Positions 12,951 to 21,479 of a stretch of DNA of 64,000 nucleotides are shown here, piece by piece. A program made the translations under genes and the position numbers. This stretch comes from Vicinamibacterales bacterium. GTDB lineage: Bacteria > Acidobacteriota > Vicinamibacteria > Vicinamibacterales > UBA8438. The notes beneath the pieces are model-generated. The model was not told where the DNA came from, made no database searches, and saw nothing but the letters and a program-made list of their open reading frames with translations. Every line of letters starts with the position of its first letter. Position 1 is the first letter of the stretch. Location: assembly GCA_963662965.1 (NCBI GenBank), contig OY759970.1:3904524-3968523 (forward strand), read 5' to 3'.

Positions 12951-13280
12951 ATGGGACGCCAGCACATTCACCGAGCGGCACGATTTGTGCTCGCGGTGCC
13001 CGCGCGATATCGACTACCGCGCCGGTCGGTCTGGACCGACGTGTGCATCATCAACCTGAGTGACACCGGCGTCATGTTTCGGACTCCCGAGCCGATCCAG
13101 AACGGGACGTTGTTCGAGATGGTCGTTCAGACGCCGATGCAGCTCGGCAACATCGCCCCCGGTCGTTTTGGCTGCCTCGCGCGCATTACTCGCACCGAGC
13201 CAGCGCGGTTGCCCGAAGACGGGTACCCGGTCGGAGCCGAGTTCGTCGAATTCCGGCTCGACCAGGATGAATCCTCCTAG
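12951..13280 (+). CDS. PilZ-domain protein (putative c-di-GMP receptor)
   Basis: 109 aa with the N-terminal Arg motif RQHIHRAARF and the D/NxSxxG motif INLSDTGVMF. Confidence 0.65.
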   Translation: MGRQHIHRAARFVLAVPARYRLPRRSVWTDVCIINLSDTGVMFRTPEPIQNGTLFEMVVQTPMQLGNIAPGRFGCLARITRTEPARLPEDGYPVGAEFVEFRLDQDESS

Positions 13281-13286
13281 GAGCCC

Positions 13287-14360
13287 GTGGTGCTCGCGCG
13301 AATTTTCGTTCGCCTTCCCAACTGGGTCGGCGACATCATGATGGCGCGTCCCGCGCTGCACGCGATCCGCGCCCATTGGCCAGACGCGCGACTCATCGGG
13401 ATGGCGCGTGCGGCCCATCGGCCGCTCGCCGAGCGCCTCGGACTGTTCGACGACCTGCTCACCGCTCCCGAAGGCGCCGGCCTGGCTCTGGCGGCGACGG
13501 TTTGGTCGGCGGCTCGCAGGGTGCGTGAACGTCGTCCCGACGCCGCCGTCGTCATGGCGCCATCGTTCGAGGCCGCCTTGACGACGCGGCTCGCCGGTGT
13601 GCGGACGCGGATTGCGCACGACACCGACCACCGCGGTTTGCTGCTGACCTGCGCGGTGCCGCTTCGCATCCAGGTCCATCGTGCTGACGCGCTTCGTGAC
13701 CTCGCACGCGCCCTGGGGACCGACACGGAAGCGCCCGTACCGCCGCTGGCGTTGACGGTGGCTGACCGCGCCTACGCCGCACGCCTCTTTCACGCCATGC
13801 GGTGGTCCGACGAGACCCGCCCGATCTTTCTCAACCCGGCCGCGGCCAAAACGCCGCGTGCATGGTCGTCCGATCGTTTTCGGATCCTGGCCGAACAGCT
13901 GACCACGGGCTCTGACGCGCGACGCCTCGTCGTGCATGCGCGCGATCCCTTCGTGGCAACGCCGGAGTGGGGACGCGCACATGGGATCGCCTTGGTCGAC
14001 GATGCGTCTCTGCCCGAGCTCGCGGCGCTTCTCGAGCGATGTGCGTTGTACGTCGGTAACGACAGCGGGCCTGCGCACCTCGCGGAGGCGGCCGGCATCC
14101 CCACGGTCACGATCTTCGGTCCTTCGACGCCGGCACGCAGTGGCCCCGGCGCCTCCAGGTCGGCGACCGCGTCGTCGGCGCGCGACCCACATCAGGCGGT
14201 CTCGGCGTCGTTCGCCTGTTCTCCGTGTCGGGAACGGTTCTTCGACGAGTGCCCATCGCCGCCGTCCGACGACGGCCGCCCGCCGTGTCTCGACGCCGTG
14301 ACGGTCGACACCGTGGTTGCGCGCGTCGAGCAGTCGCTCAGTAACATTAGTCGGGGCTGA
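13287..14360 (+). CDS. glycosyltransferase family 9 (LPS heptosyltransferase-like)
   Basis: 357 aa with RIFVRLPNWVGDIMMARPALHAIR at the N-terminus and YVGNDSGPAHLAEAAGIPTVTIFGPS near the C-terminus. The last codons and the TGA stop are supplied by a repeat fragment (TTAGTCGGGGCTGA). Confidence 0.85.
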   Translation: MVLARIFVRLPNWVGDIMMARPALHAIRAHWPDARLIGMARAAHRPLAERLGLFDDLLTAPEGAGLALAATVWSAARRVRERRPDAAVVMAPSFEAALTTRLAGVRTRIAHDTDHRGLLLTCAVPLRIQVHRADALRDLARALGTDTEAPVPPLALTVADRAYAARLFHAMRWSDETRPIFLNPAAAKTPRAWSSDRFRILAEQLTTGSDARRLVVHARDPFVATPEWGRAHGIALVDDASLPELAALLERCALYVGNDSGPAHLAEAAGIPTVTIFGPSTPARSGPGASRSATASSARDPHQAVSASFACSPCRERFFDECPSPPSDDGRPPCLDAVTVDTVVARVEQSLSNISRG

Positions 14361-14398
14361 CGCGCCCTAGAGTGTTTTGCACCTTGGTGTCGCCGCTC

Positions 14399-14571
14399 GG
14401 TCGGCAGATGAGCAGGTTCGAACGGTATCGCCGAGCGAGCGGCCCAGCACTGGTCTCTCTCGGAATCCGCGTCGTCACGGCGGCAGAGGTGCCACTTTCA
14501 GGAGCCGAGTGGCGGTTCCTCCGACGGATTCCTCTGAGAGACCAGCTCATGAGCCGCCCGAACCTGCGCCG
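14399..14571. repeat. 173-bp imperfect palindromic element flanked by 10-bp direct repeats (MITE-like or structured RNA)
   Basis: Four Watson-Crick stem pairs are nested: 14412-14420/14559-14567 (9 bp), 14439-14443/14553-14557 (5 bp), 14450-14459/14536-14545 (10 bp) and 14462-14469/14525-14532 (8 bp). An exact direct repeat GTCGCCGCTC lies at 14389-14398 and 14572-14581. Confidence 0.5.
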
Positions 14572-14931
14572 GTCGCCGCTCTGAGGACCGGACAGACTCG
14601 AACGTGTAGGCGCGGTCGGGGGGTCACGGAGGACGCCATGAGGCACGCCGACGACCGCGGGGCTGAAAACGTCGCCGGAGCCGCCAGCGGACGAGCCTGT
14701 ACCCTGTGATCCGTGCCGGTCGAAGAACCCGGGCTGCAGGTTGCAGTGGCACGCGCCGCCCCTGATCAGCTATTGCTCGCCGTGTGAGGCGTTTTGCGTG
14801 CGGCGCAGTCGACGTTTTCCGGCGGGCCGATCTGGCGTCCGGAGTGAGCCCCGGCCGTGGCTGCCACACGCGTGCCCCAGGGCAACACGTGCGCGCAACG
14901 CACTAACGAAACTAACGAAACGCGCTACAGC

Positions 14932-15960
14932 CTAGCCTTCGAGCTTGGCTTTGAGGGCGTCGAGCTCCTCCCGGAGCTGGGCGAGCTCTTGCCTCATCTT
15001 TGGCAGACGTCCGAGGTGGGCCTGCTGGCGCTTGATGTCCTTGAGGGGGCGTGCCGGCGTGCCCCAGAACACCTGGCCTGCCGGGATCCGCTTCCGTGAC
15101 GGGACGCCGCATTGGGCGCCCACCATGCCGCGGTCGTCGATACGGCAGAAGTCGGCGATCCCAACCTGTCCGCCGATGATCGCTTCGCGCCCGATGGTCG
15201 AGCTACCGGCGATGCCAGTCTGCGAGGAGATGATCGCGTGCGTCCCAATACGGACGTTGTGCGCGATCTGACAGAGGTTGTCGATCTTGACGCCGTCCTC
15301 AATCACGGTTTCGTCGAACTTGCCGCGATCGATACAGCTATTTGCCCCGATCTCGGCATCCGACTCAATCCGAACGTGACCCACCTGAGGAATCTTGACG
15401 TGTCGCTCGCCATCGAAGACGAAGCCAAACCCATCGGCGCCAATGACGACGCCGGCGTGAATGATCACACGGTCGCCGATCGCCGTGTCTGAATAGAGCA
15501 CGACTCTCGGATACAGGATGCACTGCGTCCCGAGGCGGCAGCCGGCGCCGATATATCCCCCTGGGAAGATCGTGGTCCCCGCGCCGACGACGGCACCCGA
15601 CTCGACAATGGTCCAGGCGCCTATCGAGACGTCCGCCCCAATCGTGGCGTCGGGGGCGACGAGAGCGGTCTCGTGGATGCCCGCGGCCGGGAGGGTCGGC
15701 GGGACCAGCCACTGCGCGGCGCGCGCGAATGCGACGCTTGGATTGTCGACGACGATCACGGTGCGTTCAGGCACCTCGCCATTCGGAATCAGAATGCACG
15801 AGGCGCGAGCCGTCGCCACCTGCGAGAGGTGTTTGGCTTCCGCATACGCCAACTCGCCGGTCGTCGCTCGTTCGAGGCTCCCGACCGACTGAATCTCGAC
15901 GCCGCCGTCGCCGTGCAGCGTCCCCCCAACGTAGTTCGCTATTTCCTGCGCTGTCTTCAT
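14932..15960 (-). CDS. lpxD: UDP-3-O-acylglucosamine N-acyltransferase
   Basis: 342 aa. The N-terminal domain [19 protein letters not shown]...ELAYAE is followed by a long left-handed beta-helix of hexapeptide repeats and a C-terminal coiled tail. Confidence 0.93.
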   Translation of the reverse strand: MKTAQEIANYVGGTLHGDGGVEIQSVGSLERATTGELAYAEAKHLSQVATARASCILIPNGEVPERTVIVVDNPSVAFARAAQWLVPPTLPAAGIHETALVAPDATIGADVSIGAWTIVESGAVVGAGTTIFPGGYIGAGCRLGTQCILYPRVVLYSDTAIGDRVIIHAGVVIGADGFGFVFDGERHVKIPQVGHVRIESDAEIGANSCIDRGKFDETVIEDGVKIDNLCQIAHNVRIGTHAIISSQTGIAGSSTIGREAIIGGQVGIADFCRIDDRGMVGAQCGVPSRKRIPAGQVFWGTPARPLKDIKRQQAHLGRLPKMRQELAQLREELDALKAKLEG

Positions 15961-16099
15961 CGCGTCTCCCGGATGTGCAATCGCGCCTGATCATACCGGG
16001 CGTCTGTCCGTGTTCTAATAACCTAATAAATCAGTTAACAGGCCAGCCCTGGGTCGGCTACAGTGGTGTCTTAAGTTCTTAGGAGTTAATGCTCTCAGC

Positions 16100-16486
16100 A
16101 TGCCGCGAGCGAAGTCGCCGACCCTGACGGACGGAGAGCTACGATTGATGCGTGTCTTGTGGGATGCCGGGCGCGCCAGCGTCGGTGAAGTGCGTTCCGC
16201 GCTGCCGCGGAAGGGGCGCCCTGCCTACAACAGCGTCTTGACCCTCATGCGCATCCTCGAACAGAAGGGGTATGTCCGTCACGATCGGGACGGGCGGGCG
16301 TTCGTCTATATTCCGATTGTCGGTCGCGCGCGCGCGCAGCGCAAGGCGGTGCAGCGTCTCGTCAGCCAGTTGTTCGACGGCTCCCCAGGGTCCCTTGCCG
16401 TGAATCTCCTCGAGCATGAGCAGATGGACGAGTCAGAGCTCGCTCGCATCCGGTCGTTGTTGGGTGATCAACCCGCCTCGGGATGA
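16100..16486 (+). CDS. BlaI/MecI/CopY-family transcriptional repressor
   Basis: 128 aa with the winged-helix N-terminus LTDGELRLMRVLWDAGRASVGEV...YNSVLTLMRILEQKGYV. An ATGA overlap couples it to the downstream M56 gene. Confidence 0.85.
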   Translation: MPRAKSPTLTDGELRLMRVLWDAGRASVGEVRSALPRKGRPAYNSVLTLMRILEQKGYVRHDRDGRAFVYIPIVGRARAQRKAVQRLVSQLFDGSPGSLAVNLLEHEQMDESELARIRSLLGDQPASG

Positions 16487-17636
16487 CGACGGTGGAAGTG
16501 CTGGCGACCTGGCTCTGGCAAGGGATCGTGGTGGCACCCGGCGTGAGTGCTGCCACACGCTACGCGACCTGGTGGACCGCAATGTTGGGCGTGCTGCTGA
16601 TTCCGCTCATCGGTGTGGCCACGCGGGCCGCGGCATCGGCACCCGACGGAAGCCCAGACGGGAGCGGAGTCCCTGGACCGACCTCGCTCTCGGCTGCGCC
16701 CTCGGTCGCGCCAGTGGTCTTGCCATCGCCGGCGCCCAGTGTCGAGCCCGGCCTCGCGTGGCTCTGGTTCGCGTTGGTCGTCGTTGGGCTGGGACGGCTC
16801 GGGCGTGACCTCTATCAATTGCGTCGGTGGAAGGCGCGGGCGCGTCCGATGCCGGCCGAGCGCGAGCGCGGCCTGTCGCTGTGGCGCGCGATGAAAACGC
16901 GAGGGCGTGGAGTGCGCCTGGCCATCACTGACGACGTGCCGGTCGCGTCGGCGCTAGGCTTCCGCTCGCCAGCGATTCTGGTGCCGCGCACCTCCTTGAG
17001 ACCCTGAGTGACGCAGAGTTCGACTAGGTGGTCGCGCACGAGCAGGCGCACGTTGAACGACGCGACGATTGGGCCAATCTGCTTCAAGTCGTCATGGCCA
17101 TCTTTTGGGGGTTGCATCCGGCCGTGTGGCTGATCAACCGCGAGCTCCGACGCGAGCACGAGATGGCCGCCGACGATTGGGTGGCGTACCGGTCGGTGAG
17201 CGCGCGACGCTACGCGGAGTGTCTCGGCAAAGTCGTCGGTCTGCTGGCGGCGCAACGGCCGCCGCCCCTTGCGTCCGGCGCCAGTGGCGTCCCGGGCGAT
17301 CTCGCGCGCCGCGTCGCGCGGCTGCTCGATGCCGGTCGCAACGGCGCCATACGACCCGCGCGAAGCGCGCTCACGTTCGCCGGACCGATGGCCACACTCG
17401 GCGTGGTCTGGCTCTCGGGGTTGGCCCCGCTCGTGACCTTTGCCGCGGCGAGCGGCGAGCCGCTCGTGGGGAGTCGGTCGCCGAGTATTCAGGCGGCGGC
17501 CAGAGTCCGAACCTTGGCCCGGGACGTCGTGCCGGAGTGGGTACCGATCGTGAGCACGGAAGACCGTCAGCAAGCGCCGTCAGGTCGGTCCGAGCCGCCG
17601 GCCGATATGCCGCCTCGTTATCGCTGGTGCCGCTGA
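16483..17636 (+). pseudogene. disrupted BlaR1-like M56 sensor metalloprotease
   Basis: The TM-rich N-terminal ORF 16483..17007 is followed by a -1 frameshift near 16989 (AILVPR then HLLETLSDAEFD). An in-frame TAG at 17025-17027 sits directly before the HExxH site VVAHEQAHVERRD (ORF 17028..17636). The region 17640-17950 may hold further frame-shifted C-terminal remnants. Confidence 0.75.
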
Positions 17637-18058
17637 TTCGGCCCCTGCGGCTCCCCGCGCCGCGCGGGTGGGATATCATCCCACTGGCCGCTCGTGAGGT
17701 CGTAAGTCAGGAATTACTCGGCGTGGTACCGGCGATTGTGTCCGGCGCGCCTTCGACCGTCGGGGTGTACGCGGCCGCTCTCCGCCGGTCGCGCGCCGAA
17801 TCGACGGACGATTCCCCGACCGGCTGGCGAGCCGTGTCCCGCTTCGGGACCTCAGTTTGGGTCGTGGTTCAGCGAGGGTGGCCGGCAGACAGCGGAGGCT
17901 TTTGTTGGCGTCGGCTCCGCGTTCAAACGTACGTTCACGGGGCCGTAAGCCCTGTAAGCTTAGACGCGGTCAATTACTGTTACGAAACGCGCGGCGACGA
18001 TGCAACTATGGGCGTCGCCGGTAGTGAGATAGCATATTAGAGAAGGAGAGAACTCGTA

Positions 18059-19597
18059 GTGCGCGTCCATATTGTCAACCCCAGTCATTTTTCCTTCGGG
18101 ACAGGTTTCATTACCCCGCGCTGGATGTATGTGCTTGCCGCGGCTACACCCTCCAAGTGGGGTGATCCCATCTTGAGCGACGAGTCACTTGAGCCGTTCG
18201 ATACAGACCAGCTTGAGAAGAGGGACGTCATTGGTATCGGGCTCCACACGGGTAATGCTCTGGTCGGTTATGAGCTAGGGCGGCGTGCCCGGGCGCGCGG
18301 TGCATCGGTGGTTTACGGTGGCAGCCACCCTACCTTATTTCCAGAAGAAGCGTTTGAGCGGGGCGGTGCGCATGCCGTGGTGAAGGGCGACGGCGATGTC
18401 GCCTGGGGCGAAGCGATCGAAGACTGCGTCAACGGAGTGCCTAAACGGATCTACAACGGTGGGCGAGTTGACGCCGGGACATTCCGAAAAGCGCGTTGGG
18501 ATCTGATTGACCGCAAGAAATATGCTTGGGCGTCGGTGCAGACTGTGCGTGGGTGTCCCAAGCATTGCTCGTTTTGCTCGGTGTGGCGTACCGATGGCCA
18601 AGAGCCTCGGCAGCGCGGAGTCGACGTGGTGCTCGAAGAGATCGTCGAACTACGGCGAATGGGCTTCCGGTGCATCGCCTTGGCTGACGATAATTTCTAT
18701 CCGGTCACGCTTGACGACCTCAAGATGGCCAGTCGTCGTAAGGACAAGACCAGGTACAACGAACTCAAGGCGCTTCGCGACGAACGGTTTGAGCTAATGG
18801 CTCTAATGGCGCAGCTGCCGAACGATTTGAATTTCTTCACGCAGATCACTATGGAGTCCGCCGAGGATCCGGAGTTTCTGGATGCGATGAGAGCAGCTCG
18901 TATCAGAGGTGCTCTCGTCGGTATTGAGGCGGTCACGCCGGAAGGGTTGAAGGACGTCTACAAGGACTTCAACCTTGCGGGTGAGGAGCTCGTTGAGCGT
19001 CTTCAGACGTTCCGGAAACACGGTGTCTACATTCTCGGCTCGTTCATCTTCGGTCTTCCAAGTGATCGTCCCGACACCTTCTACGCGACAGCTGAGTTGG
19101 CCAAGCGGGCCGACATCGCCTTCGCGCAATTCGTGACACTCACGCCGTTCCCGGGAACACTGGACTTCGAAAAATGGGAGCGCGAGCAGGGTGACGATAT
19201 GTCGACGGTTGACGGTATCCCGGTGTCGCGTCACTGGCTAATACCTCAGGCGAAGCGGCCCAAATTGCTGACCCCGCACCCGGTGATGTCGGGTGAGGAG
19301 ATCCGACAGGGAACCCAGAATGTCTGGAACGACTTCTATAGCTTGAAGGCGTCTTGGAAACGGTCCGACTTCCTGAAGGCATTCAGGAACCGTGTCGCGT
19401 TCGTGATATGTTCGAAGGTGATGCTTCAGGCGTTCGGTAACACGGGTCTGTCGACCGACAGTGCACGTGCGTCCCGCGCTACCAAACTTGGGGGGATTGG
19501 TTTCTCTCTTCTGAGGAAAATATTCGCTGCCGCACCGATGCCAGATCTTGAGGTGCCGAGGCCAGTGGAGATGTCGGACGCCTCGGTTCAAATTTAG
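18059..19597 (+). CDS. B12-binding-domain radical SAM enzyme
   Basis: 512 aa with an N-terminal cobalamin-binding-like Rossmann region (VIGIGLHTGNA...VVYGGSHPT) and the radical SAM cluster motif RGCPKHCSFCS. A good RBS (AAGGAGAG) lies upstream of the GTG start. The G+C content is visibly lower than in the flanking DNA. Confidence 0.85.
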   Translation: MRVHIVNPSHFSFGTGFITPRWMYVLAAATPSKWGDPILSDESLEPFDTDQLEKRDVIGIGLHTGNALVGYELGRRARARGASVVYGGSHPTLFPEEAFERGGAHAVVKGDGDVAWGEAIEDCVNGVPKRIYNGGRVDAGTFRKARWDLIDRKKYAWASVQTVRGCPKHCSFCSVWRTDGQEPRQRGVDVVLEEIVELRRMGFRCIALADDNFYPVTLDDLKMASRRKDKTRYNELKALRDERFELMALMAQLPNDLNFFTQITMESAEDPEFLDAMRAARIRGALVGIEAVTPEGLKDVYKDFNLAGEELVERLQTFRKHGVYILGSFIFGLPSDRPDTFYATAELAKRADIAFAQFVTLTPFPGTLDFEKWEREQGDDMSTVDGIPVSRHWLIPQAKRPKLLTPHPVMSGEEIRQGTQNVWNDFYSLKASWKRSDFLKAFRNRVAFVICSKVMLQAFGNTGLSTDSARASRATKLGGIGFSLLRKIFAAAPMPDLEVPRPVEMSDASVQI

Positions 19598-20574
19598 CTG
19601 CGCACACGGAAATCAGCGACCTGGATCTCGTCTCCGAAATCCGCGTAGTCGCCGTCGGCTCGTGCCCGTCGAAACGCTCCCCAGTTGATCGTGCGGTAGC
19701 GCGGTGCGTCGCCGTCAGGCATTGGCAGCGGTGCGTAGTCGGTGTCGTAGCCGGGATTGAAGAAGAACGGAATGCTGTAGCGCGGTCGGGTAGTGACCGG
19801 TCGTACGCGGTGTAGCGCGGCCGTGAACCGATCATTCGACCAGACCTGCATCATGTCACCGATGTTGACGACCACGGTGCCCGCAATCGGCGACACGTCC
19901 TGCCACCCGTCAGAGCCCTGCACCTGCAGTCCGCCGACATCGTCCTGGAGGAGGAGCGTCAACGCGCCGGCGTCGGCGTGGTGATGCAGCGCCTGGTCGC
20001 CGAGCGCCGCCGCCTCGGCCGTCGCGTCTGAGTCAAGCGGATCCTCCAGCGGGTAGTAGTTCAGCCGGACGAAACTGGTATGCGCGGGGGAGAAGTGCCG
20101 CGTCAGCGTCTCGGTCTCGCCGACAAGCGCCGCGGTGAGGAGCGCCAGGATGTCAAACGCAAGTCGCTCACAGGCCCGGAAGTACTCCTGCATCGCGGGG
20201 CGGAGCGCCGGTCGCGACACCGGCCACTGGTTTACGCCATCGACCGCCGCGACGCCGTCGCGACCGAAGTCGAAGACCTCCTTGAGGTCACGTCGGTTCT
20301 TGGTGAGCTCCCGGTCGTAATACCCACGCGGATTCGACTTCGTCCGCATCAGGGCCAGCTTCTCGGCGCGCGGGAGGGCGAAGAGCGCGTGCGTCTCCTG
20401 CCAGACCCGATCGACCAGGGTCTGCGTGATTCCGTGGGTCGTGACGTAGAAAAATCCCCAGTCGCACGCGGCCGCGCGCACGGCCGACACGAGCGTGGTC
20501 GGGGGCGCCGCGCGCCGCGCGCCGCTTCGCGTGAAACCGCTCAGGTCGATGGTCGGGATGCCCTCGGGCGTCAT
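19594..20574 (-). CDS. 2-oxoglutarate/Fe(II)-dependent oxygenase (isopenicillin N synthase-like)
   Basis: 326 aa with the N-terminal IPTIDLSGF. The facial triad and 2OG-binding region read HHHADAGALTLLLQD...GGLQV...VVNIGDMMQVWSNDRFTAALHRV. Confidence 0.85.
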   Translation of the reverse strand: MTPEGIPTIDLSGFTRSGARRAAPPTTLVSAVRAAACDWGFFYVTTHGITQTLVDRVWQETHALFALPRAEKLALMRTKSNPRGYYDRELTKNRRDLKEVFDFGRDGVAAVDGVNQWPVSRPALRPAMQEYFRACERLAFDILALLTAALVGETETLTRHFSPAHTSFVRLNYYPLEDPLDSDATAEAAALGDQALHHHADAGALTLLLQDDVGGLQVQGSDGWQDVSPIAGTVVVNIGDMMQVWSNDRFTAALHRVRPVTTRPRYSIPFFFNPGYDTDYAPLPMPDGDAPRYRTINWGAFRRARADGDYADFGDEIQVADFRVRS

Positions 20575-20655
20575 CTATCGACGGAGGCTGCGCGTCCGAC
20601 CCCCCCCGTCGCTAGCCGGGGCCCGATGCCCGTCGCCCGTGGCGGCGGGAGGGTC
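20575..20655 (+). repeat. degenerate copy of the intergenic structured repeat
   Basis: CTATCGACGGAGGCTGCGCGTCCGACCCCCCCCGTCGCTAGCCGGGGCCCGATGCCCGTCGCCC aligns with the consensus TAGACGGGGCTGACTGCCCCGAACCCCGTCGCGGTCACTCCGGGGCCCCATGCCCCGCTCC. Confidence 0.4.
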
Positions 20656-20666
20656 GCCACGAGTTC

Positions 20667-21341
20667 CTAGTCCCGGCCAAGGGTGAGTTCGCTCGTGGTC
20701 GCGTCGATCGTCACCGCGTGCCGCGACCGCTCCGCTCCGGCATGAACGACCGCGGTATAGCTCCCGGGCACGACATGGTCGAAGGTGAAGTGCCCCTCGC
20801 GGTCGGCGACCGTCGCATACGGGGACGAGGCGATCACGACGCTGGCGCCCATTTGCGGGTGGATGTCGCACGAGACACGATACGTGCCGGCGGTGTCAAA
20901 GCGATGCTCGTAGGTTCCGCCGATCGGCGTCGAGATGTTGAACGCCGTCTCCTTCGTCTTGATGTTATAGACGCGGACGTTGTGGAGCACATCCTCGCCG
21001 TTGTGGAAGTGCACGGGCTGCCCGACGTTCGCGAGCAATACGGGCGGCAGGAACTCCTGCCCGATCTGATCCATCTGCACCGCCGCGTTCGGGGGCTCGA
21101 CCGTCGTCGGCGACTGCGGCTCCAAGACGATAACGGTGAGTGAGCCATCCCGTGACGTCGGCGCCGTGCCGGTGATTTGCCGACCGTTGCCGGCGTCGGC
21201 CGTGGCGGCAGGTGCGGCCGGGACCGCGGCTTCTTCGGCGTCGCTCCCGCAGCCGATCGCACCGAGCCCGCACGCGAGAGCGAAACCCACAGTAATCGCG
21301 ACGTACGGCTTGCGGTGGCGGGGGGGGGCAAGGTACGTCAT
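20667..21341 (-). CDS. cupredoxin-like (type-1 copper) lipoprotein with C-terminal CarboxypepD_reg-like domain
   Basis: 224 aa with a lipobox-like GLGAIGCGS and the type-1 Cu ligand pattern HFHNGEDVLHN...SCDIHPQM (C-x2-H-x2-M). The C-terminus DREGHFTFDHVVPGSYTAVV is beta-sandwich-like. Confidence 0.6.
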   Translation of the reverse strand: MTYLAPPRHRKPYVAITVGFALACGLGAIGCGSDAEEAAVPAAPAATADAGNGRQITGTAPTSRDGSLTVIVLEPQSPTTVEPPNAAVQMDQIGQEFLPPVLLANVGQPVHFHNGEDVLHNVRVYNIKTKETAFNISTPIGGTYEHRFDTAGTYRVSCDIHPQMGASVVIASSPYATVADREGHFTFDHVVPGSYTAVVHAGAERSRHAVTIDATTSELTLGRD

Positions 21342-21432
21342 CTCGATTTGCGGTGCTCGCCGCTCATTATAGAGGGACCGCGCGGTTGATCCCCTTTCTC
21401 GTTGGCGTTACAGTAGCCAGGTGAGATTTATT

Positions 21433-21448
21433 CTGATTTTGAAATCAG
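21433..21448. promoter_or_regulatory. candidate operator: perfect AT-rich palindrome CTGATTTTGAAATCAG
   Basis: A 7-2-7 perfect inverted repeat lies in the divergent promoter region, about 30 nt upstream of the ATG at 21480. It is conspicuous against the GC-rich background. No known regulator consensus was recognised. Confidence 0.3.
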
Positions 21449-21479
21449 CAGGTATTCATCTCGTCTTGGAGGTGTTCTG

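Noticed and set aside
14412-14567. SRP (4.5S) RNA, or a riboswitch, as the identity of the long hairpin.
   Set aside because: The conserved SRP domain IV sequence (GGAAGCAGCC-type motif) is absent. There is no downstream gene in the right orientation for a riboswitch, because the flanking genes are convergent.
14351-14640. A possible tmRNA, because the region starts with GGGGCTGA like the 5' end of SsrA and contains GGTTCGAAC.
   Set aside because: There is no T-arm with complementary stem, no 3' acceptor/ACCA-type end, and no plausible tag-peptide reading frame ending in a stop. GGGGCTGA is simply the start of the 126-bp repeat family seen at seven other sites.
16014-16070. A BlaI/CopY-type operator upstream of the repressor gene (tandem CTAATAA x2 at about 16014-16029, and TACAGTGGTGT at about 16059-16069).
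   Set aside because: The dyad is only ACA-N4-TGT, with spacing different from the TACA-N2-TGTA boxes I know. The evidence is too weak to call without comparative data.
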